Below, piece after piece: positions 18,054-25,640 of a stretch of 64,000 nt of DNA. Location: the NCBI GenBank assembly GCA_050486305.1, contig JBJHDA010000001.1, positions 307,071-371,070 on the forward strand, in the 5' to 3' direction. The notes under the pieces were generated by a model. That model was not told the DNA's origin, did not search any database, and saw nothing but the letters and a program-made list of their open reading frames with translations. A program made the translations under genes and the position numbers. The stretch comes from Candidatus Saccharimonadota bacterium. GTDB lineage: Bacteria; Patescibacteriota; Saccharimonadia; Saccharimonadales; SLHW01. The first letter of the stretch is position 1. Each line of letters starts with the position of its first letter.

Positions 18054-18569
18054 CTAGAGTGCGGCCTCAAGCGCTGCCCATTCTGCGCTTGTATCGTCTT
18101 CTGGGACGTTAACACTCACCTGATCACCAGGCTTGGCCTTGAAGTATGTCACACTCGCGAGTAGTACGCGGTACATTTTATCTCCGACTTCTACGAAGTA
18201 GTGACCGTTTTCTAACTTAAGCGTTCCGACAATTTGTTTTCGTGGGATTGGGCCGATTTGCTTATAAAGGAATGCTCCATCATCAGCGATGGTAAGTTTT
18301 AAGATATCACCTTGGACAAGCTTCGACTTGCTAGCGTAGTTTGCTGGCACTGGATATGTCTTGCCGTCAGAGCCGACCATGTTTTGCCCGTCAAACACAC
18401 CTTCGATAATTTTGCCAATGTTCTCATCAGAAGCAGTCGGTGCACTCACATGCTCATCATCATCGCCTACAAGACTAACAAGCAGCTCTTTGGCAGCGGC
18501 TAAATTTGTCTCTGCTTCGGTAATTAATGACTTTAATCGTTTGATTTGTTTATCTGGTACATCGGCCAT
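18054..18569 (-). CDS. Hypothetical protein (171 aa): N-terminal helix plus two beta-rich segments
   Basis: ORF with GAGG 11 nt upstream and its own TTGACA-17-TAACTT promoter. No family recognised. Confidence 0.6.
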   Translation of the reverse strand: MADVPDKQIKRLKSLITEAETNLAAAKELLVSLVGDDDEHVSAPTASDENIGKIIEGVFDGQNMVGSDGKTYPVPANYASKSKLVQGDILKLTIADDGAFLYKQIGPIPRKQIVGTLKLENGHYFVEVGDKMYRVLLASVTYFKAKPGDQVSVNVPEDDTSAEWAALEAAL

Positions 18570-18622
18570 AACTCGCCTGCCTCATATTTCTTCGTGTTTA
18601 TCTCATCGTACACTTACCTTTG

Positions 18623-18651
18623 AAGTTATCAGAATATAACAGATATGTCAA
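18623..18651 (-). promoter_or_regulatory. Promoter of the 171-aa ORF (TTGACA-17-TAACTT)
   Basis: Hexamers and spacing read from the minus strand. Confidence 0.4.
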
Positions 18652-18666
18652 AAATAACTACAGATG

Positions 18667-18675
18667 TGTGGATAA
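18667..18675 (-). promoter_or_regulatory. Perfect DnaA-box 9-mer (TTATCCACA)
   Basis: Exact consensus 15 nt upstream of the -35 hexamer of the 171-aa ORF. Confidence 0.3.
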
Positions 18676-18677
18676 CT

Positions 18678-18711
18678 CAAAAAGAGAGCTACGCTATACA
18701 TGTAGCTCTCT
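18678..18711 (-). terminator. Intrinsic terminator after rplL
   Basis: 10-bp stem AGAGAGCTAC/GTAGCTCTCT followed by T5 on the minus strand. Confidence 0.65.
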
Positions 18712-18745
18712 TTCTTGCCTGCTGATAAGCTATCTGAGAATAACT

Positions 18746-19126
18746 TTACGCAAGTTCAACTGTAGCGCCAGCTTCTTCAAGCGTCTTTTTGGCGGTTTCA
18801 GCATCTTCTTTTGCAGCCTTTTCAAGCACTGGCTTTGGTGCTTCGTCGACAATAGCTTTCGCCTCGCCAAGCCCAAGACCGGTAATGTCTTTTACGGCCT
18901 TAATTACAGCGACTTTTTGTGAACCAGCGTCCTTTAGTACGACGTCGTATTCGCTCTTCTCGTCTGCTTCAGCGCCGTTGTCGCCACCAGCTGCCGGACC
19001 GGCAACGACTGCTGCAGCTGCAGCTGGTTCGATGCCGTACTCATCCTTCAGTATGGTCTTTAGCTCGTTCACTTCTAGAACGGTAAGACCGGTTAATTCT
19101 TTTGCTAATTTCTTAAGATCTGCCAT
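18746..19126 (-). CDS. rplL: Ribosomal protein L7/L12
   Basis: Conserved N- and C-terminal domains with an Ala/Pro hinge ([14 protein letters not shown]). Confidence 0.97.
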   Translation of the reverse strand: MADLKKLAKELTGLTVLEVNELKTILKDEYGIEPAAAAAVVAGPAAGGDNGAEADEKSEYDVVLKDAGSQKVAVIKAVKDITGLGLGEAKAIVDEAPKPVLEKAAKEDAETAKKTLEEAGATVELA

Positions 19127-19147
19127 CTTATTATCCTTTCTTATTTA

Positions 19148-19672
19148 CTAACTCGTTGCTTTCGCTTCAATACCATCGAGTAATCCATGCAAGTTGCCCG
19201 CCAAACCGCTCAACACACCATCAACAGGTGATTGAAGTGTTGCAAGCACAGAGGCAATGAGTTCCGGCTTGCTCGGCAGGTTAGCTAATTCTGTAACTTT
19301 CTCTGCTGACAGGAATGTGCCATCTTCTGCAATCGCTCCAACAAAACTGAGTGTTGGCTGTTTCTTAGCAAAGTCAGCGATTGTTTTCGCAGGCGCGACC
19401 TCATCTTCATTATTGAAAGCATATAGCAACATTCCTTCAAGCGCGCTTGTGTCTGTGTCTTTTAGCGGATCAACAGTAGCAACGGCTTTTTTAACAAGGC
19501 GGTTCTTTACAACTTTCAGTGTTGTGCCTGTTTCTGCGCCCTGACGACGCAATTCCTGCATTGCCTTTACTGGTGTACCTTGGTACGTGGCGATAACCGT
19601 AAGTCTCGAATCTTTTAGTAGCGACGCTACTTCTTCGATTACTTGCTTCTTCTTATCTTTCGTTAGTGCCAT
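19148..19672 (-). CDS. rplJ: Ribosomal protein L10
   Basis: Conserved L10 sequence in its position upstream of rplL. Confidence 0.95.
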   Translation of the reverse strand: MALTKDKKKQVIEEVASLLKDSRLTVIATYQGTPVKAMQELRRQGAETGTTLKVVKNRLVKKAVATVDPLKDTDTSALEGMLLYAFNNEDEVAPAKTIADFAKKQPTLSFVGAIAEDGTFLSAEKVTELANLPSKPELIASVLATLQSPVDGVLSGLAGNLHGLLDGIEAKATS

Positions 19673-19876
19673 GTAGTAATACCATTTATTTATTATACGT
19701 TTGTGACTGCTTCGTTATCGACCGTTCCATTTGTTTACGAAGCGGTTACCATGAAAAAAGCTCCTTAGTGGTTACCAAGAAGCTTTCATGTGCTCAAAAA
19801 ACAATACTATCTGCTTTATTGCACCTCGGTGACAAATTAAGTCCAAACTATTCGGACGGTCACGGTCTTTGGTAAC
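19673..19876 (-). promoter_or_regulatory. Candidate rplJ (L10) leader, ~200 nt, containing a terminator-like attenuator hairpin
   Basis: Lies between the promoter at 19883-19911 and the rplJ ATG. The hairpin at 19758-19766/19777-19785 is a 9-bp stem with one G-U valid only on the minus strand, followed by a T run. Confidence 0.4.
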
Positions 19877-19882
19877 TGAGTT

Positions 19883-19911
19883 ATTCTACCCCATTATTTT
19901 CGTAAATTCAA
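19883..19911 (-). promoter_or_regulatory. Promoter TTGAAT-17-TAGAAT driving rplJL
   Basis: Read on the minus strand, starting 2 nt after the stop of the 390-aa ORF. Confidence 0.5.
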
Positions 19912-19912
19912 C

Positions 19913-21085
19913 CTATTGCGCTATCTGGCCTGCAATCTCGTTCTGTTCTGCCGCTAACACATCTTTTGTGGCACGCGCTTTCTGTATCTTTGAGACCAAT
20001 CGATTCTTAAAGCACTTTGGTTTTTTATATGTTTCGATGTAGATTACTTCTGCTGTTTCAGCAAGAGCGACTGACCCTGTGTGCTGGGCAAGTCGTAGCT
20101 GAATGTCAGCGTACGCTTCTGTAATTCGAGTATCCTTGGAGATTGAAAAACTTTCAAAGTAACCATGTAACATGTCAAGCGCTTTCTCTGTTTGCCCCTG
20201 TTCGGTGAGCCAGTCGACTAAACTCCTTATCTCTTCATGATCCTGTCTAGCGTCAATGCTTGGGTAAGTTCCCGCAAGCTTTTGTAGCATCGTTATGGCT
20301 TTTTCTCTATCATCTGTCTCGATCGCCTGTTTGTAACGACCAAAGACATCAAGCATCTCTCTTCCGCTGCCTGAATCGTAAACAGTCGTAACTAGTAAGT
20401 GTTTCCGGTCAAATGGCGCTTGAGTTCTTTGTTCACGATAGTGATGGTTTTGATTCTTTGCGTATACCAGCCATGGGTGCCTTGCGGACAAATCACCGTG
20501 TTTTTCTCCAAGCTCATCGCTAAAAATCGAAGTATTAAGCATAAACGCACCTCGGCCATTATTGTCAACTTGCTCTACCAGTCGGGACATACTTGTGCGC
20601 TGGATACTTTTGCCCATTTCGTGGTTAAGGTGCGGCATCAGCGGGTCAATAAAATGAACACCATTATTTGTTTCAGTGTTTGGTGGAAGCAGTATGAAGG
20701 CATGAGGTAAAGGCCCACCCGCGTAACCTATCCAGTGTTTTACGCCTACTTGGTCAAGAACCTCAGACGTAATGTAGGCATAGCCATAGCAGTTAGCCGC
20801 CTGTACGCCCAGCTCGTCTAAGGTCACTGGTTCGGGTATGCCTAAAGCCTCAAAGTCATTACGATTACCCTCGACTTCTGGATACCAGAGCGCCCTGTGT
20901 ACTTCATGCGCAATTGCAGCCGTAGCTTCTACTGACTTCTCTTGGTAGTTTCTGGCATCGGTTTGTTGTGCGTGCGATAAGCTTTCTGTCAGCTGCTCTA
21001 CATTAAGTACTTCTAGGAGCGGTCTCGAACCAGATTCAGGCTGGGTTTTGTTTGGATGTGGTGTAATCAATTGTTCTGAGATCAT
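19913..21085 (-). CDS. Hypothetical protein: predicted transglutaminase-like (papain-fold) Cys-His-Asp domain plus a C-terminal helical repeat region
   Basis: AANC99YGYA...PLPH128AFILL...VHFID147P. The spacing C-29-H-19-D matches the transglutaminase-core pattern. The C-terminal ~140 aa are helical and TPR-like. Confidence 0.6.
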   Translation of the reverse strand: MISEQLITPHPNKTQPESGSRPLLEVLNVEQLTESLSHAQQTDARNYQEKSVEATAAIAHEVHRALWYPEVEGNRNDFEALGIPEPVTLDELGVQAANCYGYAYITSEVLDQVGVKHWIGYAGGPLPHAFILLPPNTETNNGVHFIDPLMPHLNHEMGKSIQRTSMSRLVEQVDNNGRGAFMLNTSIFSDELGEKHGDLSARHPWLVYAKNQNHHYREQRTQAPFDRKHLLVTTVYDSGSGREMLDVFGRYKQAIETDDREKAITMLQKLAGTYPSIDARQDHEEIRSLVDWLTEQGQTEKALDMLHGYFESFSISKDTRITEAYADIQLRLAQHTGSVALAETAEVIYIETYKKPKCFKNRLVSKIQKARATKDVLAAEQNEIAGQIAQ

Positions 21086-21122
21086 AGTTATATATTGTTT
21101 TTACATTTACCTTAGAGGTATT

Positions 21123-21476
21123 TTACGCAGCTTTAGTGGCACTGAATTCCTGGGCTTGATTGCCCCTCAAATCCCCACTATGCTTGAACTCGGATGTTTC
21201 TTCTATGCTCTCGACTACTAGAGACTCGGCTCGAGTTACGAGTGCTCCGACTTGTATCCCTAAACTTTCTGTAGCCTTAGTTATGTCTTCCGTCGAAACA
21301 GCAATGTCTTGATACTCAGCAACTCCCGTATGCTTCGTTCGCAGTGATACCTCCCCTGAGCTCATAGCATTCGCTGCAACCTGCCTACCAAGTAGTTGCG
21401 CACACCTTTCTTGTGCTGCCTGCTTCATCTCTGTTTGTCTTAATGATTCTCTAGCGTACTGTGACGGTGATTCCAT
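21123..21476 (-). CDS. Hypothetical protein (117 aa), first gene of the two-gene operon with the transglutaminase-like protein
   Basis: AGAGGAA ribosome-binding site 5 nt upstream. There is a 37-nt gap to the downstream ORF. No family recognised. Confidence 0.55.
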   Translation of the reverse strand: MESPSQYARESLRQTEMKQAAQERCAQLLGRQVAANAMSSGEVSLRTKHTGVAEYQDIAVSTEDITKATESLGIQVGALVTRAESLVVESIEETSEFKHSGDLRGNQAQEFSATKAA

Positions 21477-21537
21477 TATAAGTTCCTCTTTTTTGGTTTA
21501 AACTTATGCTTGCAAAATAAAAATGCTTCTCCCTTTG

Positions 21538-21601
21538 TGGTTGAAGCCTGGTGTCGGTTATCGGACTATGTTTTGTTTACTTTTCAGCGGCTTCAACCAC
21601 A
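21538..21601. repeat. Perfect 12-bp inverted repeat GTGGTTGAAGCC/GGCTTCAACCAC with a 40-nt spacer
   Basis: Read directly from the sequence. It lies in the predicted leader of the 117-aa ORF. Confidence 0.6.
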
Positions 21602-21675
21602 TCGAAACATAGCCCTAAGCGGACTAGAATAATGTTTACGATGTAGAAGCCTGAGTAGTTCATAACTTATCCGAC

Positions 21676-21725
21676 AATATAGCACGTGTAAGAAATTTGA
21701 CAAGCACAACGTTACCGTGTACATT
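21676..21725. promoter_or_regulatory. Back-to-back promoters with overlapping -35 hexamers
   Basis: Plus strand: TTGACA (21697-21702)-17-TACATT (21720-21725). Minus strand: TTGTCA (21703-21698)-16-TATATT (21681-21676). Confidence 0.4.
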
Positions 21726-21906
21726 TGTTTTTGGTATGAATCAATTGAATCTAGCAATTCGAAACATCTGCATCAAGCCAATTATGGTCGGCTTTGTGTA
21801 TGTGCGGACGAATTAGCTGGAGCAATTTCATACATCATCAACTCAAGTAATTTTGAAAAACAAAAGCTCCAGCAAATCGCCGGAGTTTTTTTAAGGACAA
21901 AAGTAC

Positions 21907-21935
21907 TTGACAACAATTGAACAATAACGTATAAT
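21907..21935 (+). promoter_or_regulatory. Perfect consensus sigma-70 promoter TTGACA-17-TATAAT for the 169-aa ORF
   Basis: Exact hexamers and spacing, 20 nt upstream of ATG 21956, with AAGGGA as the ribosome-binding site. Confidence 0.65.
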
Positions 21936-21955
21936 AAGTTACAATAAGGGATGTT

Positions 21956-22465
21956 ATGTCCGAGCTTATCAGCAGACCAGAACTAGAAGTTCCTACCTTT
22001 CGTGACAGAGTAAAAGGCATATTTAAAGCTAACCTAATAAAAAGTGAAGTTTTGGTAGAGCCGGTTGAGCATAAGCAGTCAGCAGAAGACCTAAAAGAAA
22101 AAGCTCGTAGGCGACTTGAGCTGTTTAAGCAAAACCCTGAAGCTGCGGCTGAAAGATTCGGCAGGCGCATTGCGCAAGAGTTCGATAACTTTAGCAATGA
22201 CCTCACCGACAGCTTTAATGCATACTTCGTTATTTCATCTGAGTTGCATTACGAATCTGACGCTGCACAGATGCATCGATTATCACATAAATATTTTGCT
22301 GATTCGTTCGGACTTACAGCCGAGGAGGTTCTAGCTCGTGATACGGGGAATGGACAGAAGCACACGATCATAGCGAAAAACGGCGCGGAACTTCAGGTAC
22401 AGTTTAACCGCTATGAAGAAGGGGCTCCGCCTTCTGGCATAATGTACCGCGGCGTAAAGCACTAG
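21956..22465 (+). CDS. Hypothetical protein (169 aa)
   Basis: ORF behind a consensus promoter and ribosome-binding site. No family recognised. Confidence 0.6.
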   Translation: MSELISRPELEVPTFRDRVKGIFKANLIKSEVLVEPVEHKQSAEDLKEKARRRLELFKQNPEAAAERFGRRIAQEFDNFSNDLTDSFNAYFVISSELHYESDAAQMHRLSHKYFADSFGLTAEEVLARDTGNGQKHTIIAKNGAELQVQFNRYEEGAPPSGIMYRGVKH

Positions 22466-22471
22466 TATAAG

Positions 22472-22502
22472 GTCTGGAATCGTAATATTCCTATTGCCAG
22501 AC
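22472..22502. terminator. Hairpin GTCTGG/CCAGAC between convergent genes (no U tract)
   Basis: 6-bp stem with a 19-nt loop in the 42-nt convergent gap. Confidence 0.25.
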
Positions 22503-22507
22503 GGTAG

Positions 22508-24844
22508 TTACGAAAGCTTTTCTAGTTTGTACTGCGAGTAGCGCTCTGCCGCAAGCCGGGTAAGCTCAGGGTCTTCATCTTCACTGACAAACTGCATTGC
22601 TTCTGCAGTCAGCGGGTGAACCTCGGCCAGCTTCCGATGCATCTCACCGACTAGCTTCCGGTACCCTGGATGACCCTGAGGTGTTGTCCTGAGCTCATGA
22701 AGATGAAACGCCTGCCGGGCATTGTAGGTAATAGTCCAGCGCATCTTATGGCCAAGGAGTGTGGCATACTGAGCTTCATAGCCATATCCGGCGGCCTGCA
22801 GCTCGCCATAAAGCTCGACAGATATACCAAAACACCTTTCAAAGAGGTCGGTTAGCCCAGCATCTTCAACGATTTGCGGTATGTCAAACCCGTAGCGAGG
22901 GGTAAGTTGCTGCCAAGTTAAATTGTCTACCATACGGTGCCGCTGTAGGTCACGAAAAATGCCATAGTCGCATATAAGATCCCATGTGTAATGAGGTATC
23001 TCTAGCGCTCGGCCGGGACGATGCCGGCGATTGAGGCGCTCTCCCATGTATGCACGAAAAGCATCAATCTTTTTGTCAATTGTCCAGTCGTCCACTTGTG
23101 TCTCAATATCCCTGAGTGACATTGAAGAGTGCTCATACAGCATGTATGGAACTGTGTCGAGCTCGTTTCTTGGGGAATAGCTTCGCAGTACGACAGATGC
23201 TTCGTCCGACTTGCCATATGACTCGTTTAAATTTTCTTTTGCAAACTCTTTAATTGCGTCTCGAGTGTTGGCTAAGTAGGCAGTCGTTGCGCCACCGCGC
23301 TCGGGCTTGTCGGCGCGCTCCAAGAACGTTGGAATAATCTTCCTGGTCTCTTTCAGGATTGCGTTCCCGGTTTCACGAGCTTCTTGGCTTTCGCTGGCGC
23401 GCAAACGCATAATCATACTTTCGATTGCTTGGCCACTTCCGTATATCCCAACCGTTGCCTTTGTAGCCACTGGTAATACGGGACGAATCGCATCACATGC
23501 TTGTGCTCGGGTTGCGGCTTTCCATGCTCCATCTTGCTCTTTTTTTGGTACGGTTGAGGATTTTCGAATATAATCGGTAGCCTTGTGGACCATCTCAGAG
23601 TACAGGTCAAAAATATCGTCCATTTTCTGCTGGTAATTTCGCTTTGTTTTTGCGTCGAATTGTTCAGGAACCACGTACTTATACCTACCGTCTTTATCCT
23701 TTTGGTCAAAGTAAATATAACGAGTTGATTGCTCTAAATATGAGGCTAGCCTTCCCCACTCTAGTTGCTTTGTTAGAAGATTGCTGGCATTCTCTACTAC
23801 AAAATGTGCCCCAACGAGCTGTTGGACGGAGTCATCACCGTAGGCTGATATGACGCGTTGCAGCAATTTCTCATCTTTGCCATGGGATGTAGCGAATTCA
23901 TCAAGGATTGTGACGCGCATGTCGTCACCCCGACGGCTAAGACGGGCCATGCCGGCCGCTACGGTTAGTGTGCTCAGCCATGTCTTAAAGGCGTATACAT
24001 TAGACGTGGTGTCGGTAATTGATTTCTCTAAAAACTCGATACCTTCGCGAGTAATATGCCAGTTATTGTCTATCTTTTTGATGTATGGATTCTTTGCTGT
24101 TGGGTTTTTTATCTTTTTTGTCATTGTGTCGCCCCCTTTTTCATTCTCTATTGTAGGTAAAAGTGGATATATTGATTCCCACACAAGATTTGATATGTCG
24201 TCTACGCTCATCAGTGCATCACTGCGAGCGCAATCGATACGTGTAAAATCTTTCGGAAACAGCTGGCAAAGGTCATCATACACCTGTAGTGAGCGGCTAA
24301 TGTGGCTCTCGTCTGCCTCGTGAATGTCACGCTGTTTATCGGTATAGGTACGTTTGCCGCGTTCGCCCATTTGTTTTCTTGACACCTCTAAAGGCACCCG
24401 AAGCACGATAGATCGGTCTGGCCGGGGTATGCCCAGCATCTCGAACTCAAGATTATCGAGCCATATAAAGTAACCGCGTCGTTCTTCACTGCTTGAAAAT
24501 TTTGTGCCTTGATGTGCCATGTTTGACCCCGTGTAACGGTCAGCTAACACGACCTTTCCAGCCTCAAGCGCGTCACGTATCTTAGAGGAAGCTTCAAACC
24601 TGTCTAGCGCGTAAAATAAAGAGCCGGTGTACGGACCAACTTCATCTGCACTTCCATAGACACCGTTTAGATATTGAGTTACAAAATAACTAGAGGGCGA
24701 GTCATACTGCGGGAATTTGAAGGTTTCTACTTCATATCCTTCTTGCGTCAAGCGTTCGTGCAGTCTTGTAAACTGTGTGCTTTTGCCAGAACCGTCGGTT
24801 CCTTCTATTACAAAAAAAGCTCCAGGGTACGCTTTTTGGTGCAT
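22508..24844 (-). CDS. tmk/thyX: Fusion protein: thymidylate kinase (aa ~1-228) plus two tandem ThyX (flavin-dependent thymidylate synthase) domains (aa ~280-505 and ~555-745)
   Basis: Tmk P-loop FFVIEGTDGSGKST with DRY and lid regions. ThyX copy 1 has WGR-LASYLEQ-STRY and AIRPVLPVA. ThyX copy 2 has RHR-x10-TPRY and ARQAFHLHELR. Confidence 0.85.
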   Translation of the reverse strand: MHQKAYPGAFFVIEGTDGSGKSTQFTRLHERLTQEGYEVETFKFPQYDSPSSYFVTQYLNGVYGSADEVGPYTGSLFYALDRFEASSKIRDALEAGKVVLADRYTGSNMAHQGTKFSSSEERRGYFIWLDNLEFEMLGIPRPDRSIVLRVPLEVSRKQMGERGKRTYTDKQRDIHEADESHISRSLQVYDDLCQLFPKDFTRIDCARSDALMSVDDISNLVWESIYPLLPTIENEKGGDTMTKKIKNPTAKNPYIKKIDNNWHITREGIEFLEKSITDTTSNVYAFKTWLSTLTVAAGMARLSRRGDDMRVTILDEFATSHGKDEKLLQRVISAYGDDSVQQLVGAHFVVENASNLLTKQLEWGRLASYLEQSTRYIYFDQKDKDGRYKYVVPEQFDAKTKRNYQQKMDDIFDLYSEMVHKATDYIRKSSTVPKKEQDGAWKAATRAQACDAIRPVLPVATKATVGIYGSGQAIESMIMRLRASESQEARETGNAILKETRKIIPTFLERADKPERGGATTAYLANTRDAIKEFAKENLNESYGKSDEASVVLRSYSPRNELDTVPYMLYEHSSMSLRDIETQVDDWTIDKKIDAFRAYMGERLNRRHRPGRALEIPHYTWDLICDYGIFRDLQRHRMVDNLTWQQLTPRYGFDIPQIVEDAGLTDLFERCFGISVELYGELQAAGYGYEAQYATLLGHKMRWTITYNARQAFHLHELRTTPQGHPGYRKLVGEMHRKLAEVHPLTAEAMQFVSEDEDPELTRLAAERYSQYKLEKLS

Positions 24845-24846
24845 CG

Positions 24847-25563
24847 TTACAGATCTTTCACGTTTAAAGGTTTTCGTCGCTCGTCTTTGTACGCACGAGG
24901 CAGCATTTGCTCGGGGCGCCAGTCGCGTACCAGCATCTTTACATCCTTGCTGGTATCTGTTTGGTATTTGCCGCTGATGCTCTTGTATTCACCGTCGACA
25001 GGCCCTGTATGATAAAACACAAGCTGTGCTATTCTTTCGCCTACTGGCAAGACAACACTTTCGTGCTGATTCATGTTGTAAATCTCCATTGTCCAACGAT
25101 TTATGTAGCCCGGGTCACCCCAACCGGCGTCCAGGCATACTGCTACCCCGTTTCTCCCCCAAGTACTACGGGCCTGCATTGTGCTTGTTCCCGGTGCTTT
25201 TATGCCGATAAATTCGTGCGTATGGGCTAATATTCTTTCTCCGGGTTGGATGACGATAATTGGGTGGTCTGGCGGTATGCCGTCAAAAAGCTTTCGGTCG
25301 TTTTCGTCTGCCCAAATCTCGTGGAGCTCTGCGTGGTGCGGACCATCAAAATATCGACCAACGTCTTTTTCATCAAACGGATTATAAAAACCACTGCTGA
25401 TTTTACGTTCTGTTCGGTAGTACCAATAACCAAGCGTTACGTCGACGCTGCTCCCGGCAATGTGCTCATCTATGTACGGGTGGAATACGATGTGGCCACG
25501 CGCGATAGCATCGCGGATTTCTCGGTTGCTATACACTCCTTTTTTTTGCGAATCTTCGATCAC
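24847..25563 (-). CDS. dcd: dCTP deaminase family protein (long form, 238 aa)
   Basis: SSVDVTLG and ARSTWGRNGV...DAGWGDPGYINRWTMEIYN align to the Dcd/dUTPase-fold core. GTG start. The stop lies 2 nt from the tmk/thyX start. Confidence 0.8.
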   Translation of the reverse strand: MIEDSQKKGVYSNREIRDAIARGHIVFHPYIDEHIAGSSVDVTLGYWYYRTERKISSGFYNPFDEKDVGRYFDGPHHAELHEIWADENDRKLFDGIPPDHPIIVIQPGERILAHTHEFIGIKAPGTSTMQARSTWGRNGVAVCLDAGWGDPGYINRWTMEIYNMNQHESVVLPVGERIAQLVFYHTGPVDGEYKSISGKYQTDTSKDVKMLVRDWRPEQMLPRAYKDERRKPLNVKDL

Positions 25564-25640
25564 CCTTTTGTTTCCCCATATATTATTGACACCAGTGTAC
25601 TGTGGTGGCTAGAAATCATGCAAGCATAAGCCTCGAGCAA

